Shown here piece by piece: positions 1-11,577 of a stretch of DNA of 36,205 nucleotides. Numbering within the stretch: position 1 is the first letter of the stretch; every line of letters begins with the position of its first letter. The stretch is from NCBI RefSeq assembly GCF_001194135.2, contig NC_068982.1:181270899-181307103 (forward strand). Reading direction: 5' to 3'. Source of the stretch: Octopus bimaculoides (Eukaryota). The translations under genes were made by a program, and so were the position numbers. The notes below the pieces were generated by a model. It did no database searches, was not told the origin of the DNA, and worked only from the letters and a program-made list of their open reading frames with translations.

Positions 1-276
1 ATATATATATATATATATATATAATTAAGGGATCAGCAAACATTTGCTTCACCACATACCGAAGTTCAGAAATAGAAGCTAAAAACGCTGAGACTCCAAC
101 AGATAGCATTACTTGTAACTCACAAAGGCAAAAACAAGAAGAAAAAACAAATGAAAACTAAACGTTCGAAGTTAATCATAGACGCGTTTCTGGATTAAGG
201 GCTTGGTAAAAATTATTAATTGTTGATGTATTAATAAATTAATAAATTGATAAACCTTTACCCTTTTAATTGTAGC

Positions 277-277
<1 letters not shown>

Positions 278-312
<35 letters not shown>

Positions 313-432
313 ATAGATATATATATATAGAGAGAGAGAGAGGGGGAGAGAGAGGAGGAGAGAGGGAGTGAGAGAGAGGGAGAGAGAGAGAGAGAAAGAA
401 CGAGAGAGACATCGATATAGATAGATAGATAG
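278..432. repeat. Compound microsatellite (TA)n-(TG)n-(GA)n-(GATA)n
   Basis: Directly visible simple repeats; they explain the ORF-track entries at 172-551. Confidence 0.95.
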
Positions 433-924
433 ATTGAAAGAAGTACACACGCACATGCATGCGCATATGTGTGTGAGTTTGTCGGTGTGTAATTAGTCGG
501 TGTTTTCCTGTGTGCATATATATTGGAAAGTCTTGCGCCGTGAAAAATCACAAAAATGGAAACGCTTTTATCTTCTGGTTTACGATTGGGAAAGGAACGA
601 GGAGGTCAACAACCACCAGCTGAAACAATTGATATTGAATCGCACATTCTTTGAGACAACGTGCACGGTGTCTTTACATAAAGTACTCATAAATTAACAG
701 AGATTATCTTTAGTTATATATTTGTGTTTTTAACTGTTTGCCATTCATTGAATTAATACATTATTACACTGATCGAAAATATACTATGAATGTTTTCACT
801 GTCATATAGTTTCTCTCCATTCAAATATTTCAATTTGTATCACTACTTCATATTCAAATAGTTTTCAAATAGACATACGAACAGGAGTACATATAAACAC
901 GCATGCAACGATGCAAGACCACAA

Positions 925-1050
925 TCACACACACACTTACACAAACACACACACACACACTCACACTCACACAAACACCCCCCCCGCAAACACACATACA
1001 CACGTATATAATTATATACACGCACCTATCTATCTATCTATCTATCCATC

Positions 1051-1088
<38 letters not shown>

Positions 1089-1140
1089 TGTGTGTGTTTG
1101 TGTGTGTGTGTCTGTGTGTGTATGCGTGCGTGTGTGTGAA
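925..1140. repeat. Compound microsatellite (CA)n-(CTAT)n-(TG)n
   Basis: Directly visible; source of the HT/CV-rich spurious ORFs. Confidence 0.95.
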
Positions 1141-1529
1141 TATGTAAGTGTATGTACGTGTGCTATTGTGTGTAATTGTTTTCCCTATGTATTATTACAT
1201 ATTTTAAAGTTGGAAAGGATTTGAGTGTCCCACACAGTTTATAAATATACGCTCCAAAATCTTTCATTCCTCCATTTTCAAAAGTTTTCTTTCGATGTTC
1301 TTCTTTCCTTCTTTAAACATATCTCATATATATGATATTTAAGTAGAGTGCTCACTGACATTTCTTTTGGATTTCGAAATTTGGTATACTTTTATCTGCA
1401 GGTCTTCGTAATTTTAATTCTTCAAATTTAGTACTCTGTCATCTGTATGCGTATTTCTACAGCCAATATGGTAGCTTTCGTTCTTACATTTGCACTTCCA
1501 TATATAAAACCGCATATATACTTTTGCAT

Positions 1530-1990
1530 ATGAATGCGTTTACGTACACGTATGTACTACGAATAAGCAACTGTAAAGAGCTTCTATCTTTAGCCCAACC
1601 TAGCGTGGTTTGAACATTTTACGAAACCTTCAGGTGCAATTTATTATTGTACTTGTAGGTAAATCCCTTTTCAAATCTTTCGATTAAAATGTATACTTTC
1701 ATTGTAGGAAGCATGTTATTTTATGAAATAATCCATTTGTTGAAATTATTCCATGTACAACATTCACAACATTATTTCAGAAGTACCACCTAGGTAATTA
1801 AAGAATGTAAATGTTTCAATACTTTAGTACTGGCCTTAAGTTAAAATTACTACGTAGTAGGCATGGTTAGAGAGGCTTCCTTGCAGTAGCTGGGAATTGG
1901 ATATATATTCAAAATTATAGAAACCTTCCACCGTTCCGCTGTCATCATATAACGAAATATGAAATTTGGCGCCAATAAAGTGTAGTTATT
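1530..1990 (-). mobile_element. Degenerate RTE/BovB-like LINE, C-terminal ORF fragment
   Basis: Minus-strand translation gives CLLRSNFNL..STKVLKHLHSLIT*VVLLK..W..MLP..Y.L..AKDRSSLQLLIRS. This matches, in order, the RTE C-terminal motifs CLRSILNI / NTEVL..SIE.LL / LRWAGH..RLPK..YGEL / AQDRS.WR.LI. Several stops and frameshifts. Confidence 0.6.
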
Positions 1991-2092
1991 TCATTCAATA
2001 ATTATTTACATATGATTATTGTTCTTCTTAGCTTCAACTAACAATAGCACAGAAGCTACGACAAGGAAGATAACAATATCTGTTCGACATTT

Positions 2093-2305
2093 AAGGCATC
2101 AAGTTTGTAGAACCGATAGCAAGTCGGTAAAATGCCCTCTGCCTTTAGTTCCTCTACTTGTTTTGAGTTTAAATTCCGCCGAGGTCGAGTTTGCTCTCAT
2201 ATTTCGGGGTCGATAAAATAGTTATTATCTAGGTACTAGGGTCGATTGAATCGACATAGTCACTCCTCCGACGTTGCTGGCCTTCTGCCAAAATGTGAAG
2301 CCAAT
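2093..2305 (+). mobile_element. tRNA-derived SINE, family A, diverged copy
   Basis: B-box-like GAGTTTAAATTCCGCCGAGGTCGA followed by CGGGGTCGATAAA and TACTAGGGTCGATTGAATCGAC; matches the reverse complement of 26817-27030. Confidence 0.7.
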
Positions 2306-3422
2306 ATCTGTTCAAAACTTTTCCTCTGTAACTCGAAAGTTCCAATAGTAATATGTGTATGACTGGAATCATTTAGTGACATTAGATATTTTAGCTGGAA
2401 TGTATTGATGAACTACTTCAGAGACTTTTACAGAAGTATTCAGAAATTAAATTTCTTTCCATAATGTCATCATAATAGTTTATGAACAGAGAACGAAATC
2501 GGTTTGTATCTTACAATACTGCACACAGTTACAAAATATTTACAACCATATTAGACAAACTGCAAATCACAGTTAGGGCAGTATGCATAACGTTGAGTGT
2601 TGAGGGCCAATGTATCCACAAATGCTAGAATTCCTATGAAAATTGTTTAAGATAAGGAGTTTAAAAAGCAAACTTAAAGTGTTCATACATACTGTTATTC
2701 CCAGAAAAATTCTACATTTCTCAAGAATTATTACACAAAAACAGAGTGCAGAAAATTTACTCACTTAAATATGTAAATGTCAGGTGGTATTATAAACCAA
2801 ACCTTGCTTTTTAAAAGTAATTGTTTGTAATTTGCTATTCGGATATAGAGAGTATTTTGTTGTGCAGGTTGTGCGTGCTTCTGCTTGTGAAATCAATGCA
2901 TGCTTAATTTGTCAAAAATTCAATTGTTTGTTTTCACTTTTAATTACTCTCCCAATAGAATTCCAACATATTAGATGTATCCTACAGCGTTGAATAGCAA
3001 TTAGATTTTGAATCATCATAATAGCAATATTTTGCATGCTTACGAAACTCATTTATTACGACGAATTGTATTGAATATCAATGTATGACTACTGACTTTA
3101 CCAATTATCTCGAGAAAGAAACAGCTAGATTTAGATTGCGACACAATGCATTTCTGAGAACATCATATAGAAAACTCATATTTCGTCACCCCATTGTGTC
3201 ATGTAAAATAATGAATTCCATATATATTTCATATTATTTCTGACGAATATAATTTTGGTTAGAATGCACGAGTCTTAATAAAATGGCTTTACAATGAATG
3301 TTATGTCCAATTATCACATGCGCATTACAAACAGGAAATACATGTATACTTACAGAAAATCAAACTTTTAAGGATTTATGTACGTGTATGCATGTGTGTG
3401 CGTGTATGTGTGTGTGTGTGTG

Positions 3423-3453
<31 letters not shown>

Positions 3454-4587
3454 AATTACAACGGTAATATAGTGTGAGTTAAAATCAGGCTAGTCATGCT
3501 CTATAGCATATCAAAAAGAAACGAAATCCTGTTCACAAATAATCCCACTAAAATCGAAATGTTAAATATGCATATTGCGTATTATATTGTTTAATTTAAC
3601 CAGTATCTTATCGGCGAAATAAAAAGGATATGCTTGAGGATACATAAAAGTGGATTTTGACTGCAGAAGAAGGGGCCAAAAGGACTCGAAACTTATAAAG
3701 TGTTATTCCTACATTTTTTCTTCTCTCCTCACTTAATATTTTACAAGCAAATTCTTTACAATTATCATAACACACAATATTTGAAACATTTACACACGCA
3801 CTTACGTTTGTGAGTCTGTGTGTGAATAAGTTCCTATACGTGCCTCCATAGTTTCTGTTTGCTCATTACTGTAACAGTTATTTGACATCAAAAAGCCAAA
3901 AATACTGTTACATACAATTACAGCACCACATTCAGAGCAGATGCATAAGGCATTGTTTAAGAAGAACAATAATAGACAAGATTAATCAGAGAATTAAAAT
4001 TTACACTTGAGAAACAGTAGGTAATGATAGCAATGATATACAAACAATACAAACAATATACTGAGATACAAAGGCACAAAAAGTATTCACAGAGAATAGC
4101 TGTAACATCAATAGAGCCAGTTGTTTAATACAGCGCAGTGATGCACACTTCCATCAAACATTGACGTAGAACAGTAAGTGTCTCAGTCTAACCAAATTCC
4201 TGTTGCCGTCTAACACTGCGTACAGTATTAGAATCAGTGTGTGAAAGAAATGGAAAGAAAAGCACACAGTGAAATTACAAATCATGCTTGCTTTTCGAGA
4301 TGTACAGCACGACATACATCGAAACCGGCGATTGGGACCCATATTTTCACAGGTTAGGTTGAGAAAGACCTTAAAAAATACGCCATTAAAAACTATATGA
4401 AAATCAGTTCATAGACTTCGGTCCAATCTTGTTTGCACTCAATTTCTACGGAACTATCAGTGTATTTTTTGTAGATATTGGAATTTACGAGAGGCTGGAG
4501 GTTGCATAGAAAGAAACGTATATAATATTCGTGATCTACACACAAATGAGCCCTAGAAAATGTTGTTTTAATTTCCGTTTATATATA

Positions 4588-4727
4588 NNNNNNNNNNNNN
4601 NNNNNNNNNNNNNNNNNNNNNNNNNNNNNNNNNNNNNNNNNNNNNNNNNNNNNNNNNNNNNNNNNNNNNNNNNNNNNNNNNNNNNNNNNNNNNNNNNNNN
4701 NNNNNNNNNNNNNNNNNNNNNNNNNNN
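4588..4727. other. Assembly gap (N run). Other gaps: 7973-8272, 14659-15331, 16526-16535, 20677-20843, 23805-24450, 28244-28321, 30576-30585
   Basis: N runs visible in the sequence, nearly all flanked by (TA)n, (CA)n or purine repeats. Confidence 0.99.
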
Positions 4728-4762
4728 ATATATATATTTGTTTTCATAGTTAAATAGTGTTG

Positions 4763-5410
4763 TTAGCTCCGCCTTAATTTCAGTCGTATTTGTTTGTTTG
4801 TCCATGGACGAGATATCTCGAGAACTACTGGATGAAATCGGATGAAATCGGATGAATTCGGATGAATTCATGGATGTTTGGCCTCGTGACTGGCACGAAC
4901 TGGTAGATTTTGGGATCGATCCGTTACCGGACAAGCTATTCTGGATATTTGTTATATTTATTTTAGTTTACACGAACTATTACTATCTCTGATTACATCC
5001 CTTAAGAGCACGGTCATGATTTCCACGTCTTTTACGTTTTCTTTCACGCACGGATAAAGTTTTTGCTAGAAACGTTAATGGTCAATCGATAGACTAAAAG
5101 ATGCCTTCATAAAAAAAAACTGTCACTGTCCCACTGCAAGCGACACGCACACAGCATTATAAACACGGCCCGCACACCTACCTTTGCAGTCCATGATAAC
5201 CATTGGGATCGATCAGGTACCGGATAATGATTCTGGACTGTTTTTCGGTTTCTTTTTTACTTATTTTTTGACAGCGCTCGAGTTCATTTCCAGTATTCTC
5301 GTTTGTGAGAACAGTCGAGTTTATTTCAGATATTCACATTTTTAAAATAATCTCCAGCTAATCTTTAGTGTTGCCTTGGTGGAGGTTTCGGCTCTCTGAA
5401 TGCGTTTGTT
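4763..5410 (+). mobile_element. Possible non-autonomous Helentron-associated (HINE/DINE-1-like) element
   Basis: 5' TTAGCTCCGCC (4763-4773), then a (TTTG)n tract. Subterminal inverted CCTTGGTGGAGG (5374-5385), then a degenerate short hairpin GCTCTCTGAATGC and a T-rich end. Internal 10-bp tandem GGATGAA(A/T)TC x4 (4830-4869) and a duplicated TTGGGATCGATC..TACCGGA motif (~4910 and ~5203). Confidence 0.45.
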
Positions 5411-5634
5411 AATGTTGCTGTGCTGGTGTAATTTCTCTTCTCTTTAACGATCTAATCCAATGTAATGACACTGTAAACATATCTTAAGTTTATAATTCTA
5501 AATATCCTTTGACCTCTTTTTCAATGCACATACGTGTTCAGACGTGTGATTGAGTGCATAATTATATGCACAGAGAGAGAAAGGGAGAGAGAGAGATACA
5601 TAGATGGAGTGACACGCATACACACACACACATA

Positions 5635-5672
<38 letters not shown>

Positions 5673-6609
5673 GGCATGCAATCATACGAATACTCACAAC
5701 GGAAAGAAACGCGAGAAACATTAGTATAAGTATATTAACAGTTATATTTGACGAGTGTTTTTCAATCCGAGGAGCTACCGGTATTCATTAGACAATGGTT
5801 ATCAGGAATGTAAGAATTAATCGCCTCTTTCCCATTTTCATAGTCTTTCGCTACTAAAAATATTGATTATTTAGGAACTATATAATATTACTTCAATAGA
5901 AATGACAGAAATATAACGCGATGTGTTGAGTTTCTTGTCCGATTTATGAGACTCAACTTTTTATATCTTTTTGTAATATTCGTTATTGTGAATAAATGTG
6001 CCAAACATAAAATCCAGAAAATTCAGGCACTGTTATATACATGTATGGACAACCTGTTCCATAATTGCATATGAGTAATTAGGATTGCCATTTTCTAATA
6101 TATTTCTTTATAACTTAAAATGAAATATTATTTGATATATCAATCTGACGCTGTTGTAATTAACGCTTGTGTAAAAAGAGATGCCTTCATTAGACAAATA
6201 TATTATCTGTGCTTCTAATTAATAGGTTGTTGGACAATGAACAATGATATTGCGTCATAAATGTATATATGAGCATTGTATTCTGTAAATTGAAATTAAT
6301 TGACGTGAGCTGTCAACTAACAATCTTGTGTAATTGTATTTATGTCACATGGATTCTGCCTTGCAAAAAAAAAAAAAAAAAAGTGACGTCCATATTTAGA
6401 GATATATTTATCACGAAGTGGTTTAGCTCACTTTCAATTTTCCGAATATTTAAGTCAAATGAAAGTAATTATTTCAAACGATTGAAGATGTTCAGTGATA
6501 AATTTTATTTACAAGAGCAATAATAAAAATTCTTTCAACAGAATTTAGCAAATAATTCTGAATTAATTATATGACAAAAGAAAATCAATAATAACAAAAA
6601 TCTTTCCAA

Positions 6610-6740
6610 TGTTGGCACAAGACCAGAAATTCTAAGTGGATTAGGTTAAGTTGATTATACCGACCTCATTATGTGACTAGCACGTCATTCTATTGACCCG
6701 GTAAGGTTAACTTTGGACAGGTTAACTTTGGAATTGAGAA
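6610..6740 (-). mobile_element. Highly degenerate family A SINE fragment
   Basis: TTGGCACAAGACCAGAAATT...TATTGACCCGG resembles 26829-26920. Confidence 0.35.
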
Positions 6741-6979
6741 AGTAAAGCTAGAAGAAATATCACACATTAATTTCCCTCTTTCTAACTATACTGCCGGCTA
6801 TTTCCCAATAATGTATCATAAAGATATTGGTATTTACTCCATCTAAATATCATTTTACAAATGTTTGCAGAATCGAACATTCTCAGAGCACGTATAAACA
6901 CAGTCATCAATGCACGGTCCTTATGAACAAAAAGAGAATCCCTTGCATGATAGATACATTATGGCCTAAACAATTCAAT

Positions 6980-7180
6980 ACACACACACACGCACACACA
7001 CACAGACATACACACACATACACACACACACACACACACAAACACACACATACACAAACAAACAAACACACACACACGCACACATACACACACATATATG
7101 TATATATATTACACAAAACATCACACGGAACATATATCTACTGTACACACATACATACCCGCACACACACACACACTCAC
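6980..7180. repeat. (CA)n-rich microsatellite region
   Basis: Directly visible. Confidence 0.9.
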
Positions 7181-8382
7181 AGAAGTCTATATTTTCTCAT
7201 AAGCAAGAACAAAGTACAGTCCTATCACACACTGACACACCCTTACGCACAAAACATCATATGTGAACACATACATGCACCAATATAGATTCACACGCAC
7301 TCACACATACATGCCACTCAGACTCTCGTTTGTAAATGCTGCTAATGTACAATTCTACAAAAAACTACCGCTTAGATCTACACCTTCATACACTCTCACA
7401 CGTGCTCATATATACCACCATCAATCACAACACTTCCTAACAGACATACACACTATTCACAATCCGCCAACGTGTACACATACATGCATGCACATCCTGA
7501 ATCATACATGCATATCCATTCACGCACCCACATACATGTACAGATGAACACACTCGTACACGCATATTTCACACATACACAGAGGCCGATTACGTAAACT
7601 TCTGTATTCAAACTCCACATTTTCGATATCGCTCCACCGTTTTGGGCCATGTAACAATACATGTACGTTTCTCCGAACTACCTGCTCCCTCCTCATTTTC
7701 TTTTGCTCTGAAGTTTTTCCTCTATTCGACGAAATACTTTGTTAGAAACGTCATAATTTTATTCTCATTTTCCATCAAATACTGTCGCCGAGCAACAGAC
7801 TAATAGATTCACTGTGTACACCAATTGACTTTGAATGTTTTTCCTCTATTTTCTTGTTCTTGAATTATATATATATATATGTGTGTGTGTGTGTAGGTAT
7901 GTGCATGTAGGGGGGTGTGTGTATGCATGTATATATATATAATATAGATGCATATATGTATTTATGTATATANNNNNNNNNNNNNNNNNNNNNNNNNNNN
8001 NNNNNNNNNNNNNNNNNNNNNNNNNNNNNNNNNNNNNNNNNNNNNNNNNNNNNNNNNNNNNNNNNNNNNNNNNNNNNNNNNNNNNNNNNNNNNNNNNNNN
8101 NNNNNNNNNNNNNNNNNNNNNNNNNNNNNNNNNNNNNNNNNNNNNNNNNNNNNNNNNNNNNNNNNNNNNNNNNNNNNNNNNNNNNNNNNNNNNNNNNNNN
8201 NNNNNNNNNNNNNNNNNNNNNNNNNNNNNNNNNNNNNNNNNNNNNNNNNNNNNNNNNNNNNNNNNNNNNNNNTATATATATATATATATATATGGGAGAA
8301 TATACAAAAAATAACAACAGACGAGGACAGGTGGTGTAAATAACAAAAGTATATATTAGTATGACGCTCGGGAATACGGAAA

Positions 8383-8420
8383 GTCTTTGACGTTTCGAGC
8401 TACGCTCTTCAACAGAAAGA
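8383..8420 (-). ncRNA. Minimal type I hammerhead-ribozyme-like motif with variant core (CUGUUGA)
   Basis: Minus strand reads UCUUU-CUGUUGA-A-GAGC-GUA-GCUC-GAAA-CGUC-AAAGA: 5-bp stem I, 4-bp stem II, palindromic loopless stem III (ACGU) and a GUC cleavage triplet. One core change (A6 to U). Confidence 0.55.
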
Positions 8421-8665
8421 ATACGGAGACAAGGAGAAAAACACGGAGAGAGAGAGAGAGAGATGAGAAGTATTGGTATTCAGAAAATGCAACATGGCAG
8501 GTAAGTCTATGTAACTCCTACGGGAGGACCGCAGTTAGACTCTCGGTTGGTTAATAGTGCGAGTAGTTTAATGCAATTATTATGTTAGCATGTATATGTT
8601 AAATAAAATTAGACAATGCAACCAAGGCTGTGTGGAATTTATAGGACGTTTATAAAAAGAAAGGT

Positions 8666-8716
8666 AGGCTTACAGCTGTTTCTAGGATATTAAGGATGTG
8701 CCATTATCAGAGATGA
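8666..8716 (-). ncRNA. Degenerate hammerhead-like motif in the 3' pLTR
   Basis: CUGAUAA...GAAACAGCUGUA: palindromic stem III ACAGCUGU and a GUA triplet; G8 mutated and stems I/II decayed. Confidence 0.4.
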
Positions 8717-9837
8717 TACATGAGAGTTAATTAGAGAGAAATAGTAGAGTTATTTTGGAAAACGATGGGTATAGGTTGTATAACGGGAAATAATAGAATA
8801 AAAATAAAAGTAAAATTATATGTAAGATGTTACTGTTTCACTTCTATTATCCAAGGAAAGTGCTGTGTAGAATGGGTAGAAGTGCTTCATGTCTATTGTA
8901 TGTAGATTCTGATACGAGTTCATATTTTGTTATTAGAAGTAGATAGTGTGGTGACATAAATTCCATCTACTGTTCATTCAAAGGGCCTTGTGGTGTAAAT
9001 GAACTATTGAGAATGTACTGATAGGGGTAAGTAGATAGAGAAAAGATAATAGATATGCATGTTAAGAGGAGAATAGTATTAGTCAAAATAATAGGGGGAA
9101 AGAAAGAAAGAAAGGAGAAGAAAAAGGAGTATTAGATGGTAGTCAAAATATTGTCATGGCTATGAGAGAGGAAGCTCTCAGGATAAAAGGAATAGGGAGG
9201 GGTAGAATGAAGAGATAAGGCTGTATGGAAGGGATATGTGTGAGACGTGAAAGGTGGGATGCTACGTTCGAAAGGCACTGATGTGGGTAGATAGGTAAAT
9301 GAAATGGTACGGGAGGAAGTACTAAAGTGAATAGTAAACTTCAAAATGGAAGGGAAGTACAATAAGATAGAATGTTCAAGTTTCTAGAAATAGACGTGTT
9401 TATTCTATTTGCTAAAGTGAAAGTGGGGGCTCATGAATGAGAGAGAGGAAGAAATATGTGTATCTCTAGATACGCGTCCGCGCACGCACACGCACACGCA
9501 CACACACACACACACACATACACACACACACACACACACATATATAGATATATACATATATAAATGTGCATTTGCACTATTCTATAGGCCCGCATACTTA
9601 TGCCCCTATACCCATACACATATCTGCATATATATATATATACACTCACATTCATATATATACATAGGAGTATGCACACAGACACATATATACATACATA
9701 TATGTTCATATATGTATTGTTAGACGATTAAAAATTTAAATTAAGAATTGATATGTTAAAGGATCAAGACATTGGAAGGTCAAATAAGGATGTTGGATAT
9801 TACGTAAGGTTTGTCGATATATGTACTGTGAGGTGAT

Positions 9838-10880
9838 TCACGTTGCATTCAGTTGTATGGTAAAATTTGAAGGTATGAAAAAGCGGTGGTTGCATGCAGC
9901 TAGGGCCTCAGTATGCATATTTAGTCGTTCTAAAGAGTTGTGCTGTGATATGTGAAATACGAATTTTGTGCATAGCTTATGGGCTGAGCGCTGACCCTCG
10001 TATGGAAGTCCTGAATATATTATGGACCATGACAAGTTATATGGAATAGTCCTATTTTTGAGATGATGTATGTGACTCGCCAGTGTTGTGAACTTAATGT
10101 TTCTCATATCTAAAAGAATTGAGATGTGTAATGTATCCTCGTTTAAAATTTATAGTTGACCTATATATGTCGTAGAATTGTGTAGCGTGTTGGCCGCCTG
10201 TCTTTGCTGTTAGAGAAGTGTATTCGGAGCTAATGAAGTAGGTATAGTCCAATAAGATCGTTGACCTGGGCGGAGTCGGATGATCTCCTAGTAATGTCAA
10301 AGAATTTGTTATAGGTATTGTTTCTGTTATATTGTTTCTGTCCTCGAAAGATATGAGAGTTTTAGGGGCATTAATAACTATGTTAATTTCTAATAGGGTT
10401 GAGTTAGATAGATTTCTAGCTAGAAGGAGGCCTTGATTTAGACGTTCGGGAGAAATAGGAAATAGATGAGTATTGTAGGAAAGAAGAAGAGTTTTTGCTG
10501 CTCAAGAAATCGACTTCACCTATGCAGGGCCATAAGCTGACGTTCACTTTTTCCATGATGATTGGTATTATTTTATTCAGAATGTTCTTGATTATTCTTC
10601 CAAAAGCATATTTGGTATAGCATATGAGGCGTATAGAAGGTTTTAATACGAAGTCCTTCTTATGACCCTTCAGGTTGAAGTCTAGATATGTGGGGCATAG
10701 GGTTCAGCGCGATCTTCCACGTGCAGTTTGTTCATAAGCTTGCATTGGTTCGTGTTGATATTGTCAAGTACAGATGCCGTCGCAAATTTGCATGATATCT
10801 ATATTTCATTCTTGAGGAATTTGATGTATTCCCCGATGGTAATACGATATGTTTCCCGTTTTATCTGCCTTTCCTTTTTG
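9838..10880 (-). pseudogene. Penelope-like reverse transcriptase plus GIY-YIG endonuclease remnant, internally deleted
   Basis: Frameshifted translation: KADKTGN, LKGHKKDFVLKPSIRLICYTK..GRIIKNIL, PISPERLNQGLLLARN, FDIT..SSDSAQVNDLIGLYLL. Then YIG (10159-10167), INFKRGYITHLNSFRYEKH and TTLASHIHHLKNRTIPYNLSWSII..PY..KLC..LN..E..ACNH.FF. These match PLE RT and endonuclease C-terminal motifs. Confidence 0.85.
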
Positions 10881-11532
10881 AGTTTTACTACACATTTTAC
10901 TAGACCCTCCCGTACCATTTTTTAGCATCTCCCCAACTTAGTGCCTTTCAAAACTATGACACCCACCTCCCACGTCTCACACGTAATCCTTCCTTACATT
11001 CTTATCGCTATCTTCTATCCCCCACTCTATTCCTTTTATCCTGATTGTTCTCCTCTCTCATCCGCCTGACACCATCTAGCACGCCATTTTGATTTTGTCT
11101 TCCTCTTTCTTTCTTTCGTTCTTTCTTCTTTCTTCACCTAATCCTTTTGACTAATACCATTCTCCTACTAACATTCATATCTATTATCTTCTCTCTATCT
11201 ACTTACCTCTACCAGTACAATCTCAAAATTTCATTCACACCTTAAAGCTCCTTTGAATGAGCAGTACATGAAATTTATGTCTCCACAGTATCTACTTGTA
11301 ATAATAGAATATGAACTCCTATCGCAATCTACATATGATGGACAAGAAGCATTTCTACCAATTGTACAAAGTACGTTTGTTGGTTAATGGAACTGCAACT
11401 GTAACATTCTACATATATTTAAACTTTTTTTTTATTTTCTTATTTCTCTTTTTACTTCACATATCCATCCTTTTCCAAAATAACTCCTTATATTGAACTC
11501 TAGTAGTTCCCTCTAGTTAAATCTCTCGTATT

Positions 11533-11577
11533 GTCTCTGATGAAGGAAAGTCCCTAATATCCCAGAAACAGCTGAAA
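11533..11577 (+). ncRNA. Degenerate hammerhead-like motif in the inverted 5' pLTR
   Basis: CUGAUGA at 11537-11543 and GAAACAGCUG at 11565-11574; U16.1 is lost (ACAGCUGAA). Confidence 0.4.

Noticed and set aside
1400-1760. Cys-loop receptor or chemoreceptor-like reading (..LPYWL*KYAYR..)
   Set aside because: The same region fits RTE C-terminal motifs better and in the correct order; no convincing TM spacing.
4200-4310. piggyBac-like Cys-rich C-terminus (VCERNGKKSTQ*NYKSC)
   Set aside because: Too short, Cys spacing incomplete, and no upstream transposase or TTAA-bounded TIR found.
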